A stretch of 64,000 bases of DNA from Patescibacteria group bacterium (GCA_049322955.1 JBMOPU010000012.1:472150-536149); one strand, 5' to 3'. Shown: positions 31,622-42,006, numbered from the stretch's first letter. The notes: generated from the sequence alone by a model not told the origin. Numbers and translations are program-made.

Positions 31622-32422
31622 ATGTATCCTTTTATCGAACGCCGATCCTCACCGCAACGGGAACTCCTTAATCGCAACAACCTCATTATGACTATCGACG
31701 GGTCAACGACCGCGGGCAAACGGGTGATCGCGGAGCACCTTGCCGACCGATATAATTTGACGGTATTAAATACCGGAACCTCCATACGTGCCATGGCGCT
31801 CTTATCGATAGAAAACGGACTCGTCAATACCAACGATACCAATGTGACCATGATCCCTTCCGACTTTGCCGATAGAGTTGCGGATCTGTATGATCAGATG
31901 CCCGAAAAGCTAACCATTACCAAACCCCGCGACGGCGAACATACGGCTCGGGTGATGGTGGGTGCACGTGATATGCGCGGCGAGCTCCTTGCCTACGAGA
32001 AGCAAAAGGCCATTGAAAATCTTTCCTCCGTGATTGCGGCGAGCCCCGTGATTCGTTGGAAATTGTATCAGTTGTGGCGCAAAGCCGCGGAGGAATTGGG
32101 CGGCACGATTGTGATCGGGAGAAAAACCGGGATCGATCTGTTTCCCAACGCCCCGATTAAAATGTATTTTTTTGCCAGTCCGGAAGCATCCGCCGCGTAT
32201 CGGGTGACGCATGACCCGACTGCCACCATGCATCAGACCACCGAGGAACTTTATGTTCGCGAACGGGACGGACAGGATCAGGAGAATGGCTTGCTTGATA
32301 GGCCCGCCGGAGCAATGGTGATCGATACGAGTAATTACATCAGTCGTACGGACGGGAAGGGACTTGCGGAGTTGGAAGCGCAGATAGCAAAAAACATTGA
32401 AGCCCGCTGGGACATCAGGTAA
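31622..32422 (+). CDS. Cytidylate kinase-like protein (divergent)
   Basis: MTIDGSTTAGK, LNTGTSIRAMA, GRKTGIDLFPNAPIKMYFFASPE, ERDGQD, VIDTS. Confidence 0.7.
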   Translation: MYPFIERRSSPQRELLNRNNLIMTIDGSTTAGKRVIAEHLADRYNLTVLNTGTSIRAMALLSIENGLVNTNDTNVTMIPSDFADRVADLYDQMPEKLTITKPRDGEHTARVMVGARDMRGELLAYEKQKAIENLSSVIAASPVIRWKLYQLWRKAAEELGGTIVIGRKTGIDLFPNAPIKMYFFASPEASAAYRVTHDPTATMHQTTEELYVRERDGQDQENGLLDRPAGAMVIDTSNYISRTDGKGLAELEAQIAKNIEARWDIR

Positions 32423-32993
32423 GCGTTGCTCTGCTATTTGACTGGACGACTGTTAGGGGATGTTTGGTTCCTTTTTCCCAGAGTTTGAAGCCGACGTAAT
32501 TGTATTGCGGTGTTTTCAGTTTTCCGTCTTTATACAGTTGTTCTACCTCCTCCGGTGTAAAGAAACCGTAATTTTGAATTTCGTCTTCCTGCATAATGAA
32601 CGTGCCGTCGAGGATAGTGCCGCGATATGAATAGCCGATATGCATATGCGCTTTATCAACGGCTGTCTCACTACTTTCTTTTCCGTAGGCCACCGCATCT
32701 TTGTCATCGTCGGCGTAGTAATGCCAGACGCCGATTAACTCATCCAGGCGTATCGTGAGTCCGAGTTCTTCTTTTGCCTCACGAAGTGCCGCCATCTCGG
32801 GTTCCTCGTTATATGCCACATCCACAAATCCGGCAATGGGAGACCATTTACCGCCATACTGATCCACATCCTGGACCATGAGAAGTCTTCCCAGCTTGTC
32901 GCTTAAGAAAATTGATACGGACGCGGACGCTTTGGTATGTTCTTTCCAAACCGCCTGTTCTTTGGGAACCGGTGAAAATTCTTTTCCTGCCAT
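32415..32993 (-). CDS. Nudix hydrolase
   Basis: AGFVDVAYNEEPEMAALREAKEELG Nudix box. Confidence 0.9.
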   Translation of the reverse strand: MAGKEFSPVPKEQAVWKEHTKASASVSIFLSDKLGRLLMVQDVDQYGGKWSPIAGFVDVAYNEEPEMAALREAKEELGLTIRLDELIGVWHYYADDDKDAVAYGKESSETAVDKAHMHIGYSYRGTILDGTFIMQEDEIQNYGFFTPEEVEQLYKDGKLKTPQYNYVGFKLWEKGTKHPLTVVQSNSRATLT

Positions 32994-33376
32994 ATGAGAA
33001 GGGTATTATACTCCAAGCGGGGGATGAATCAAAAATCTGCCCTATCCATATAGAGAGCGGGGTTTTTTATGATATCGCGGCAAAGCGCGGAGTCTGGGTA
33101 ATGACCTGACGCATCCCGGTTGGGGAGGGTGTAATAATGCACAGACTCGACCACGACGGTATGTTCCGTTGCCATGTCGGGTGCTGATTCAACTTGAGTC
33201 GTCACGCAGGAGTGACTTTCGGGTTTTGGAGAAGGGGGTGTCGTCGGGGTGTCCCGCATGTCGTGCGTGTGCGGAGTATGTTCTTGCCATGACATACCAA
33301 TGCCATTATACACCCCGTGTCCAGAGAACGATCACTTGACACGTCTTCTCCAAACAGTGCCACACTGATGGGTGGT

Positions 33377-34405
33377 ATGGCAAAAATAGTGAAAAAGAAA
33401 AAAATCGCAAAAAAAGCACACAAATCAAGCGCTTCCGTACCTCGTGCCGTAAAGGACTCATGGACGATCAAACGGATCTATATTCCGTTAGGGCTCGCCG
33501 TGGTGGCGCTTGTTGCGTCGTCTCAGCTGACGTACACACAAAGTTTTCGAAGCGATGTATTGGGTGATGAAGATAAGGTAGCGCAAGAAGAACAGAAAGA
33601 AGCGGAGGATCGCCGAAAAGAGGAAGAGAAGCTGCACGAAGAGGAGGCCAAGCGGGAAGAAGAGCGGGAACAAGAGCGGGAACAAGAACAGGAGCAGGAA
33701 CAGGAAAAAGATGGCACTACGAGCACTTCCGCGGTACGGGTGAAATCAGAACGGGAAATGGAGACGAAAAACGGTGTCAAGATCAAATCCAAAGTAGAAG
33801 ACGACGGGGCAAGAAAAATTGAGGTAGAAGGGGAAGGTGTGCATTTTAAGTTTGAAGAAGAAAACGGTGAAGTACGCCTTAAAGTCGAAAATGAAGAGGG
33901 TAAAGAGCTGGAGACGCGTAAACATCTGAGTGTCGTGGATGAGCTTGAGGACGCATTGGATGAGGAAGAGATAGAAATCTCAAGCGATGAGGGGCACCTC
34001 GAGCTGAAACATAACGCCGTTCGTGCCCGGGTGAATTTCCCCTTATCTATCGATCCGGTTACCAAGGAACTGATCGTCACTACGCCCGCAGGTGAAAAAA
34101 CCGTCGCCGTCCTTCCCGACGCCGCACTCAAAAACCTGCTTATCAAGGGATTCCTTACCGAAGTAGCCTCCGGCTCGGCCACGGTTGCCGATGCCAGCGG
34201 CTCTGCCGGCATGGCAAACGCATTTGAATTAAAGGTCCATAACGGAAATCTGGTCTACGAAATTAGAGGAACCAAGAAGCAGAAGTTTTTTGGAATCATG
34301 CCGGTGTCCATCCCCAAAACCATGACGGTATCGGCATTAAGCGGCGAAGTGCTTTCGGAAACACAGTCGATATTCTCCCGAATGCTCGGTCTGTTCTCCT
34401 TTTAA
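33377..34405 (+). CDS. Membrane-anchored acidic exported protein with EQ repeats
   Basis: Basic N-terminus, TM/signal helix, E/K-rich coil with (EQ)n, TPAGEKTVAVLPDAA domain; upstream TTGACA..CACACT. Confidence 0.75.
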   Translation: MAKIVKKKKIAKKAHKSSASVPRAVKDSWTIKRIYIPLGLAVVALVASSQLTYTQSFRSDVLGDEDKVAQEEQKEAEDRRKEEEKLHEEEAKREEEREQEREQEQEQEQEKDGTTSTSAVRVKSEREMETKNGVKIKSKVEDDGARKIEVEGEGVHFKFEEENGEVRLKVENEEGKELETRKHLSVVDELEDALDEEEIEISSDEGHLELKHNAVRARVNFPLSIDPVTKELIVTTPAGEKTVAVLPDAALKNLLIKGFLTEVASGSATVADASGSAGMANAFELKVHNGNLVYEIRGTKKQKFFGIMPVSIPKTMTVSALSGEVLSETQSIFSRMLGLFSF

Positions 34406-34458
34406 CCTGCCTCTTTTCTTCCCGTGAATGAGTTGCAGAGTGCTATAATCTGCCGGAT

Positions 34459-35229
34459 ATGGCATTTTCCGAACATATTTCCGCCTCCGCCTCTATCGGC
34501 ATTCACGGTGCGAGTGCCGTTGGCAAAGAACAAACCGCCGATGTCTTGGCACCGATATTGGGAATGCGCGTTATCAATACGGGAAGGTCCATTCGTGGTA
34601 CGGCGCTTATGGCGCACGTGCTCGGGCAGTTTGAAGAGGGAAAGGGAAAAAATATCCGGCTTCGCGATGGGGCGGTTGAGCGGATCGCCGACTGGGTCAG
34701 CGCGGGATCCAAAGGATTGCACTTTGAAACCCGAGCCCCCGATACTTCAGCTCCCATATTTTTTGCCGATGCGGATCTTACCGATGCCATCCGACCCAAA
34801 CGAAGGGGATTTACCCGCCAGTCCGTTATGGAGCCCGCCGCCGCGCTCATCGCTACAAACCCGCATATCCGAACGGCACTGTTATCAATGTGGCGGGATA
34901 CCTCGATCGCGTTGGGCGGCGCCGTCATAATAACGAAAAACATCGACGAATATCTGCCCGAAGCACGTGGGGTGTTTCACTTAATTGTTTCCGATCCCGC
35001 GGTATCTGCTACCTATCGTCTAAGGCGGCATATTGCGGCAACGAGATCGTTAGAGGATGAAATTGCCTATCTCAAAGAACGGGACAGATTGCATTTGGAT
35101 AACGGGCTGGAGCAGATTCCCAAACGGGCGGTGAAGATCGACATGACGCCGCTCCTTCTCAAGCGGAACGGATTTTTCAAGGCGGCGCACCTAATAAAAG
35201 GTTCGCTGGCGAAAACCTTTACATCCTGA
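34459..35229 (+). CDS. Cytidylate kinase-like protein (divergent)
   Basis: IGIHGASAVGK, INTGRSIRG, ERDRLH, KIDMT; paralogous to 31622-32422. Confidence 0.6.
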   Translation: MAFSEHISASASIGIHGASAVGKEQTADVLAPILGMRVINTGRSIRGTALMAHVLGQFEEGKGKNIRLRDGAVERIADWVSAGSKGLHFETRAPDTSAPIFFADADLTDAIRPKRRGFTRQSVMEPAAALIATNPHIRTALLSMWRDTSIALGGAVIITKNIDEYLPEARGVFHLIVSDPAVSATYRLRRHIAATRSLEDEIAYLKERDRLHLDNGLEQIPKRAVKIDMTPLLLKRNGFFKAAHLIKGSLAKTFTS

Positions 35230-35232
35230 CCT

Positions 35233-35472
35233 ATGCTGAAAGAAGTACTTTCGTCCCGCGCAAAACAACGCCTTATCCTTGCCGCTCGTGCCATGGATAA
35301 AAGCGAGGAAAAAAGTTTGGCGCTCATTACCGAAGAAGTCGATGCGATCACGCAACCTAATGTCCCTGCCATTGAAATGGCCACGGGGATAGTAAGCATT
35401 GTGGGGCAACGGATGATGAAAAAGCCTGCGGCAATCGTTGCCGGGATCGAAGAATTGCTAAGGAAACGGTAA
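35233..35472 (+). CDS. Hypothetical protein
   Basis: 79-aa ORF 3 bp after upstream stop. Confidence 0.5.
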   Translation: MLKEVLSSRAKQRLILAARAMDKSEEKSLALITEEVDAITQPNVPAIEMATGIVSIVGQRMMKKPAAIVAGIEELLRKR

Positions 35473-35477
35473 TACCT

Positions 35478-35822
35478 CTATTTGGTAATCGGCGGGCGGG
35501 AGAGGCGGGTGATGCGGACATCTGCCATGCCGCTGGCGACCGCAGACTCCTTTGGCACCCGGGCGATAGTGCGGGAATAGTCATCCAAACGAACGGGAAA
35601 TCTGCCTTGTAACGCATAGGTTACCGTACACTCGCTATCCGGTCCTTCGGTGACCACGACTTCTATTGCTGAAGCATCGCCCGTCCTATTTTTGACTCGT
35701 GCGTCGGGAAACCCTTTTACCCATCCGATATTCCGGCGTTTGGTGTTTGATCCGATGAGACTGGTTTCTTCCACTTCAACCACATCAGCTATCATCAGGC
35801 TCAGTTCTTTGGCGGCTCGCAT
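35478..35822 (-). CDS. Hypothetical protein
   Basis: 114-aa ORF filling the gap; no motif recognised. Confidence 0.45.
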   Translation of the reverse strand: MRAAKELSLMIADVVEVEETSLIGSNTKRRNIGWVKGFPDARVKNRTGDASAIEVVVTEGPDSECTVTYALQGRFPVRLDDYSRTIARVPKESAVASGMADVRITRLSRPPITK

Positions 35823-35942
35823 GGGGAGATAGTAGAGTTCTACGCTATTGCTGTCAAGAAAGCGGGGAAAAACTTTTGGGAATGTGATGTCGTGCTCGTA
35901 TGTCGACTTGTTTGCGGGGGAATAATTAGCTATACTTCCCCC

Positions 35943-36512
35943 ATGATTTTGTCTGATCGGGATATTGTGGCTTCTCTAAAATCCGGGCGTATAAAGATTG
36001 TTCCTGCCGTTAACCAAAAAACACAACTCGGTTCCTGTTCCGTCGATCTTCGCCTGGGCAAACATTTCCGCGTCTTTAATCACAGTAAATTTGCGTATAT
36101 TGATCCCAATAATCCCAAACTTGCAACCGGGATGATGGCGGAAGTGAAGCTCAAAGACGGCGAGCCCTTCATTCTCCAGCCGGGGGATTTTGTCCTGGCG
36201 ACAACCATGGAAAAAGTGACATTGCCCGATGACCTTGTGGGGCGATTGGAGGGCCGTTCCAGTTTGGGGAGACTCGGTATTGTCGTCCATTCCACCGCAT
36301 CCGTGTTTGATCCCGGTTGGTCGGGGATGGTGGTTATGGAGCTTGGGAACCTCGGTCGTATGCCCGTAGCGCTGTACCCCGGGATGCGAATCTGCAGTAT
36401 GACGTTTGAAGAATTAAGTTCTCCTGCCCTTGTGCCGTACACGAAGAAAAAAACGGCGAAATATATCGGGCAAAACGCCCCGCTTGCCAGCAAAATAGGT
36501 GATGACCGATAA
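35943..36512 (+). CDS. dcd: dCTP deaminase
   Basis: MILSDRDI, SVDLRL, LEGRSSLGRLG, FDPGWSG, ELGNLG, LYPGMRIC. Confidence 0.95.
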   Translation: MILSDRDIVASLKSGRIKIVPAVNQKTQLGSCSVDLRLGKHFRVFNHSKFAYIDPNNPKLATGMMAEVKLKDGEPFILQPGDFVLATTMEKVTLPDDLVGRLEGRSSLGRLGIVVHSTASVFDPGWSGMVVMELGNLGRMPVALYPGMRICSMTFEELSSPALVPYTKKKTAKYIGQNAPLASKIGDDR

Positions 36513-36514
36513 CT

Positions 36515-38047
36515 ATGAGTGATTGGCCGATTCTCTACAAGCAAGTATTGCACGTCAAAGACCCCAAAAATCCCGTGGGGGTGGCGATCATGTGGACGGA
36601 ACGACAAGTGGTTGCCGACATGTTAAAAAGTGAAAGCTACTGTGCCGTCGGCAACCTGTATTCTTCGGCCGGAATCTCCGCAATGATCAGAAACGTCTAT
36701 GCCAACCCGCACATTCGGAAAATCGTCTTATGGGGCGCCGATCTTTCCCGAAGCGGTTCGGCACTCATGGCGCTTATGGCAAACGGGGTGGACGAAAACT
36801 TCTTTATCATCGGCGATGAAAAGGGCGGGCAGATCGAAAAAGAAATCGGACACGAGGCGATTGATCTTTTCAGAAAATCGGTTGAGGTCATTAATCTTCG
36901 CGGCAAATCACCCGATGAGTTACGCAGTACGGTGGCCAGACTGGGGAGTGAGCCGCCCGTTCCCTTTACCGAACCCAAGGTGTTTCCGACCTCACGCCCC
37001 AAACCCTTCACCTATCCGTCGGAACAAATCGGTTTCCGTATCCACGGGCAGACCGCGGCACAGACCTGGCTTAAAATCCTCCATAACATCATGCGCTACG
37101 GGCGAAACAAGACGACGCGCTACACTCAGGAAAACGAACTCAAAGAGCTCTTAAATGTTATGGCGGTGGTCTATGACGAAGATCCCGAAAAACCGTACCT
37201 TCCCAAATTTTTCCCCTTCTCGGAAAAAGACTTACAAACCTACTACCCGCAGGTACTTTCCGCCAAACAGATTCCTGGTATCGCCTACACGTACGGACAA
37301 CGCCTCCGTGATCATGACGGGGTTGATCAGATCCAGAACATCATCGATCTTATTAAGACCCGCCCGTTCTCCAAAAAAATGGTGGCATTCACCGCAAAGA
37401 TCAAAGAAGACTGGTCGGTCGTCAATAAAGGAGATACCCCGTGTCTTACGCAGATCTTGTGTAGCATCCAGGACAATAAATTGTTTATGACCACGCATTT
37501 TCGCAGTCAGGATATGGTGCACGGATGGCCGCGCAACGTGTTTAGTCTCAGAAAACTCCAGAAACTTATCTCCGATGAATCGGGAGTTCCCATGGGCACG
37601 TTTGTCATGATTACCCACAGCGCGCACATCTATAGTGACGATTACGAATTGGTGGAAAAAATCCTTGCGGAAAATTTTGAGCATGAACTGGGGTACACCA
37701 GCCGCCAGATGTTTGAAGACGATCCCCGCGGCAATATCACGGTGGAAATAGAGGAGTGCGGCAAAAAACCGGTCGGCAGACCCACCAAATATGCCGAGAA
37801 ACCCACGGATAAAGAGTATGAAATCGTAGTCAAACTCTATGCACCCAACGGCGGATTACTGCTCAAGGAATGGCGGGGGAAAACCGCGATGGAAGTGTAT
37901 ATCGAAATGGTCAATATCGGTGAATTTTTGGTACTTCCCAGTCACGCCATCTATATCGGTACCGAACTACAACGGGCCGAATATTATATAAAGTTAGGCA
38001 TCCCCGAAAAATACAATCAGGATCCCGCCGCCAATAAGGCGCTCTAA
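36515..38047 (+). CDS. thyA: Thymidylate synthase (archaeal-like) with N-terminal MtrA-like and C-terminal DUF4346-like domains
   Basis: YTYGQRL, DQI, PCL, FRSQD..WPRN; N-term GISAMIRNVYANPHIRKIVLWG..NGVD; C-term DPRGNI..HAIYIGTELQRAE..YNQD. Confidence 0.8.
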   Translation: MSDWPILYKQVLHVKDPKNPVGVAIMWTERQVVADMLKSESYCAVGNLYSSAGISAMIRNVYANPHIRKIVLWGADLSRSGSALMALMANGVDENFFIIGDEKGGQIEKEIGHEAIDLFRKSVEVINLRGKSPDELRSTVARLGSEPPVPFTEPKVFPTSRPKPFTYPSEQIGFRIHGQTAAQTWLKILHNIMRYGRNKTTRYTQENELKELLNVMAVVYDEDPEKPYLPKFFPFSEKDLQTYYPQVLSAKQIPGIAYTYGQRLRDHDGVDQIQNIIDLIKTRPFSKKMVAFTAKIKEDWSVVNKGDTPCLTQILCSIQDNKLFMTTHFRSQDMVHGWPRNVFSLRKLQKLISDESGVPMGTFVMITHSAHIYSDDYELVEKILAENFEHELGYTSRQMFEDDPRGNITVEIEECGKKPVGRPTKYAEKPTDKEYEIVVKLYAPNGGLLLKEWRGKTAMEVYIEMVNIGEFLVLPSHAIYIGTELQRAEYYIKLGIPEKYNQDPAANKAL

Positions 38048-38056
38048 CCGTACGCT

Positions 38057-38800
38057 ATGCATACACCGGTCATTGAAGTCGTGAGTGAAACTCACGGCAA
38101 ACCTTCCGTCGTCAGAGTACTTCTTGTTATGCAGACATTTTTGTACCGATATCCGCGATTCGGGGTATGGTGTTATCTTATCCGTTCGGGGAAAAAAGTC
38201 GTGGTATTTGACGCGGGACCTCGGTTCTCGTCGCTGTTGGGCGGGAAATGGGGCAGGGATGTCGATAATACCGCGCGAATTTTGTATGCCCTCGATAGGT
38301 ATTTCCCGGATATGCCGGTATCGTTTATCGCCGCGTCGCATTATCACTTTGATCATGTCGAAAACGCACCGCATTTACAACAGCGGCTGGCGAAACGTCA
38401 GAAGACAGTGCCGCCGATACGACTTCATACGAACGAGTACGAACCCAAACGATTTTTACACGTGTTTCCGCATTCGCTCATACGGGTATTTCAACAGGCG
38501 GGTTATAGCGATTGGAGGCTGGGAAAGCCTATTTGCGACGGTGAAAGAATTGCCGGTTCGTCATATCGATTCGTGCATTGCCCGGGGCATACAAGCGGCA
38601 ATTTGGCACTGCGAAGCGACATAGAAAAGGTATTTATCGGCGGGTATTGGGCGATCCCAAAACAGCGGGTCGGGATACTCGCACGGATTATTACTTCCTT
38701 TGTTGATGAATCGACGGCATGTTTCCCCGTCACGATACGCCACATGCAGGGATGTGAATCATACCGTATCGCCACCTATCATCCGACACTCGGCAGATAG
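38057..38800 (+). CDS. MBL-fold metallo-hydrolase
   Basis: VFDAG, SHYHFDHV, PGHTSG. Confidence 0.8.
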   Translation: MHTPVIEVVSETHGKPSVVRVLLVMQTFLYRYPRFGVWCYLIRSGKKVVVFDAGPRFSSLLGGKWGRDVDNTARILYALDRYFPDMPVSFIAASHYHFDHVENAPHLQQRLAKRQKTVPPIRLHTNEYEPKRFLHVFPHSLIRVFQQAGYSDWRLGKPICDGERIAGSSYRFVHCPGHTSGNLALRSDIEKVFIGGYWAIPKQRVGILARIITSFVDESTACFPVTIRHMQGCESYRIATYHPTLGR

Positions 38801-38846
38801 CGGGGTTTCTTGACAACACCCGCTACGGGTCTGCATACTGGTAGCA

Positions 38847-39581
38847 ATGTTTGACTATCTGTTTGGCCTTCTGCTTTTTGTGCTCGGACTCGGTCGTCCC
38901 TCCGTACTGGGTGAACAGGCTTCCGATTCGGCAAAACCTTCCGCACAACTGAAACTCATGCGTCCCAAGTTTTCCGCCGAACAACAGGAAGCATTTCAGA
39001 AGGAACGCATGAAACAGGAAGCAAACATAAAGCGGATCAGCGATGCGAGAATGAAGGAACTGGAAAAAACTTATGCCGAAAAACAAAAATCCAGGAGCGA
39101 AAAAGATGCGGTAACCAAGCAAGTACTTGCGGAAAAACTGGCCGGGTTTAAGGACGCCCAAAAACGACAAAAAGTGCAGGCCATGGCGGATACATATCAG
39201 AAAACCGTTCCCGCCATGCTTGCCGGCATGCAAAAGAAATTAACCGACATGATGTCGCTTTTGGATCGGATCACCGCGGCCGCTGGTGCGATGAAAACAC
39301 AAGGTGTTGACGTTGCGGAAATAGAATCCAATGTCGCGGCGGCACAAGCGAAGGTGAGCAGTGTGTTGTATGCCGTCGAGGCACTCACCGAGTCTGTTCC
39401 GACCGTGCTTACCGTAAGCGGTGAAGATGCGGCCGGTGAAGACATTAAAAACGCGGTACGCGAGCTAAAGGAATCAGTACGTGATGTCCGCTCCGCATTT
39501 GCCGAAGCGCATAAAGCCGTGGGAATTGCCTTGGAGAATCTTGAGGAAATAACAAATGCCGTAGAGGTCGGGGAGCGATAA
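38847..39581 (+). CDS. Exported helical/coiled-coil hypothetical protein
   Basis: Signal peptide then A/E/K-rich heptads; TTGACA-N18-CATACT promoter. Confidence 0.7.
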   Translation: MFDYLFGLLLFVLGLGRPSVLGEQASDSAKPSAQLKLMRPKFSAEQQEAFQKERMKQEANIKRISDARMKELEKTYAEKQKSRSEKDAVTKQVLAEKLAGFKDAQKRQKVQAMADTYQKTVPAMLAGMQKKLTDMMSLLDRITAAAGAMKTQGVDVAEIESNVAAAQAKVSSVLYAVEALTESVPTVLTVSGEDAAGEDIKNAVRELKESVRDVRSAFAEAHKAVGIALENLEEITNAVEVGER

Positions 39582-39584
39582 TAT

Positions 39585-39881
39585 ATGAAAAAATCATCGG
39601 TTCTTGTCATCATCGTTCCGCTTCTTATCGCAGGAATTGTCGTGGGGAGCGTTCTTGTGGTGCGGTATTTTTCACCGGTGCCCGAAGAAAGCAAAGCCGC
39701 ACTCAACCCTGTGCCCTCCGTGTATCCGGAACTCATCGACCCGACCGGAAAGCCGGAAGTGGGATTTGAAGGCTTACAGCCGAGCGAGCCTGTATCCGAT
39801 CTCCGCATGGAATTCGAAACCGCAAGTGACAGTTCCGGAGAAGCTATCGAAATCCTCGAACGGGAAGCCGATTCGTTTTAG
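39585..39881 (+). CDS. Small membrane-anchored hypothetical protein
   Basis: Single N-terminal TM, acidic tail. Confidence 0.6.
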   Translation: MKKSSVLVIIVPLLIAGIVVGSVLVVRYFSPVPEESKAALNPVPSVYPELIDPTGKPEVGFEGLQPSEPVSDLRMEFETASDSSGEAIEILEREADSF

Positions 39882-41122
39882 GCGGTTCTGATAACCCGTT
39901 CATACGCTTCACTCATCTTTTTGGCGACACTGTCCCAGTTCAGTCTGTCGAGTTGCGGTACGGTGAGCGAACGATGGTGGGGGGTTCTCAACACCGCGTC
40001 GATTTCATGTGCGAGCACCAGGGGGTTGTTGGCACTGATGATGTGTCCTTGGGGAAGTTCCTTTAATATCGGTGAAATTCCGGTCACATCAGTGGCGATC
40101 ACCGGCGTATTACATGCAAGCGCTTCGAGCGCTACCATACCGAATGATTCGTAATGACTCGGCATGACAAGCACGTCCGCGGCATTGTAATAGTAGGGAA
40201 GTTCTTCCTGAGGTTTGGGACGGATAAATTTTACCGTGGCCAATAACCCCAATTCCTGCCGCAGATGCTCCAGTTTTTTTAGCTCGCGAGACCATAATGC
40301 TTTATCCTGCCCGATGTCGCCGCCGACAATCCACAAACAAACGTTATCAAGATATTCGGGATGTCGTTTGATAAGCGTCTTGAGTGCGACGAGCAGTACG
40401 TCAAATCCTTTGACGGGATCCATACGTCCCACCGCCAGGATAATATGATGGTCCGGGTCGGCACCGATATGTTTTTTTGCAACGTCCCGGGGCATGGGTG
40501 CAAAAAGACCGGTGTCCACTCCCGGAGGGATAGTGACAATCTTATCTGTCGGTGTGTCGTAGAGGGTCGTTAAATACTCTTTGCCCATATCACTCGAGGT
40601 AAAAAACAAATCGAGTGAGCCGGCGAGCCGTCGTTCCATGGGAATTCGCTCTTTGGGATCCTCGCTATTGCTCGATCGGGACACAAGGGCTTTCATGAGC
40701 CCCAACGTGTGAAACGTCATCACGACCGGGATAGGATGTGTTTGTCGCACCATTGAAGCCACTTCGCCCGAGAGATAGTAATGTCCGTGCATGAGATCGT
40801 AGCTTTTTCCTTCCGATTCGATAAATGCGCGCATGTTTGCGGCAAATTCCGGAAGGGCTTGTAGAATTGCGTCTTTGGAAAGCGGGGTGTGGGGACCATT
40901 TTCGATGTGGATGACGCGAAACCCGCCACCCACGTTCACGATCCGCGGGTTGACGTCATCCTGTACGCGGGTAAAGGCATCGACCTGCCATCCTTGGCGG
41001 GCGAGCGCCTTGGATAACTCGTAAACATAGACATTAATACCTCCGCGTTCCTTCCCCTCACTGGACGCAAGAGGGCATTCGTGGACGGAGATCATGGCAA
41101 TCCGCTTCTGCATGGAACTCAT
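39878..41122 (-). CDS. GT4 glycosyltransferase, MshA-like
   Basis: SVHECPL..GGINVYV, VDAFTR, HGHYYLSG, TFHTLG, GRMDPVKG, PSHYESFGMVALEALAC. Confidence 0.8.
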   Translation of the reverse strand: MSSMQKRIAMISVHECPLASSEGKERGGINVYVYELSKALARQGWQVDAFTRVQDDVNPRIVNVGGGFRVIHIENGPHTPLSKDAILQALPEFAANMRAFIESEGKSYDLMHGHYYLSGEVASMVRQTHPIPVVMTFHTLGLMKALVSRSSNSEDPKERIPMERRLAGSLDLFFTSSDMGKEYLTTLYDTPTDKIVTIPPGVDTGLFAPMPRDVAKKHIGADPDHHIILAVGRMDPVKGFDVLLVALKTLIKRHPEYLDNVCLWIVGGDIGQDKALWSRELKKLEHLRQELGLLATVKFIRPKPQEELPYYYNAADVLVMPSHYESFGMVALEALACNTPVIATDVTGISPILKELPQGHIISANNPLVLAHEIDAVLRTPHHRSLTVPQLDRLNWDSVAKKMSEAYERVIRTA

Positions 41123-41151
41123 TGTACTCCGTTTTCGGGATTCGAGGAAGC

Positions 41152-42006
41152 TTATGCCCTATGAGGACGGGCATTGATTACGCGGGCAATATCGTGGGTT
41201 GTTATGGCCGTAACTTTCGTCGCTTCGGTTCGAAGGAACGAAGACGGATTTTTGGATGAAATCTCACCAAAAAGGGCTTCTCCCATATCATGCTGGTACT
41301 GCGGGTCAAAATCAATAAAAATAATTTTTTTGGCTTTGAGTATGGTGGAAATACCCTGGGTAATGGCCTGATCGGGTGAGGTTTGTTTGCGAACCACCTG
41401 ATCACGATGTATTGTCTCGGGAGACAGTGTTGCCAGATGGGTAGGGAGGTCCTTGGGGGTTCCCGTTTCATTAAATCCCATATGGCCGCCGCATCCTATG
41501 GGGTGAAGGACGAGATCTATTTCCTGTTTTGCCAGAAGCGCTTCGTAGTTTTTGGCCACTTCACTGCCGTTTGTACCCGGATCGGCGGGGATTTCATGAA
41601 TGTTTTGGGGAGACAGTCCCAACGGACCCCACACATTTTCGCGAAGGTATCGTCGGAAACTGTCCGGGTGATCAGCGGAAATAGGGAAATATTCATCCAA
41701 ATGAAATGCTTTGACCTTGTCAAACGAAACACTTCGTTCCTTGGCTATTTTTGCCAGCTGTTCATAGACGGATTTTGCCTGATTTCCCGTGGGGAAGGAT
41801 ATTGCCGCGTCGGGCTTTTCTTTCACCACATCAAGGATCATTTCGGCGGCCAATCTGGCCGCTTCTTCGCGCGTCGGGAGCGAATAGACGTGCGGAATTT
41901 CCGGGTGCGGAATCTCACGGATACGATCTTCCCAATAACCCAACGGTACCCCTTCCGTGCTGGGAAGGGTATGAATTGCCACCCGTTCGTAAGAAATGAC
42001 GCTCAT
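41152..42006 (-). CDS. nagB: Glucosamine-6-phosphate deaminase
   Basis: FPTGNQ, FHLDEY, IGCGGHMGFNETG, AITQGISTILKAK, PSSFL. Confidence 0.85.
   Translation of the reverse strand: MSVISYERVAIHTLPSTEGVPLGYWEDRIREIPHPEIPHVYSLPTREEAARLAAEMILDVVKEKPDAAISFPTGNQAKSVYEQLAKIAKERSVSFDKVKAFHLDEYFPISADHPDSFRRYLRENVWGPLGLSPQNIHEIPADPGTNGSEVAKNYEALLAKQEIDLVLHPIGCGGHMGFNETGTPKDLPTHLATLSPETIHRDQVVRKQTSPDQAITQGISTILKAKKIIFIDFDPQYQHDMGEALFGEISSKNPSSFLRTEATKVTAITTHDIARVINARPHRA

Noticed and set aside
33029-33295. Small minus-strand ORF MSWQEHTPH
   Set aside because: Plausible but no motif or family support; not called
33650-33712. Tandem GAACAAGAGCGG/GAACAGGAG repeats as CRISPR or VNTR
   Set aside because: In-frame coding low complexity (EQ/ER); no spacers or cas genes
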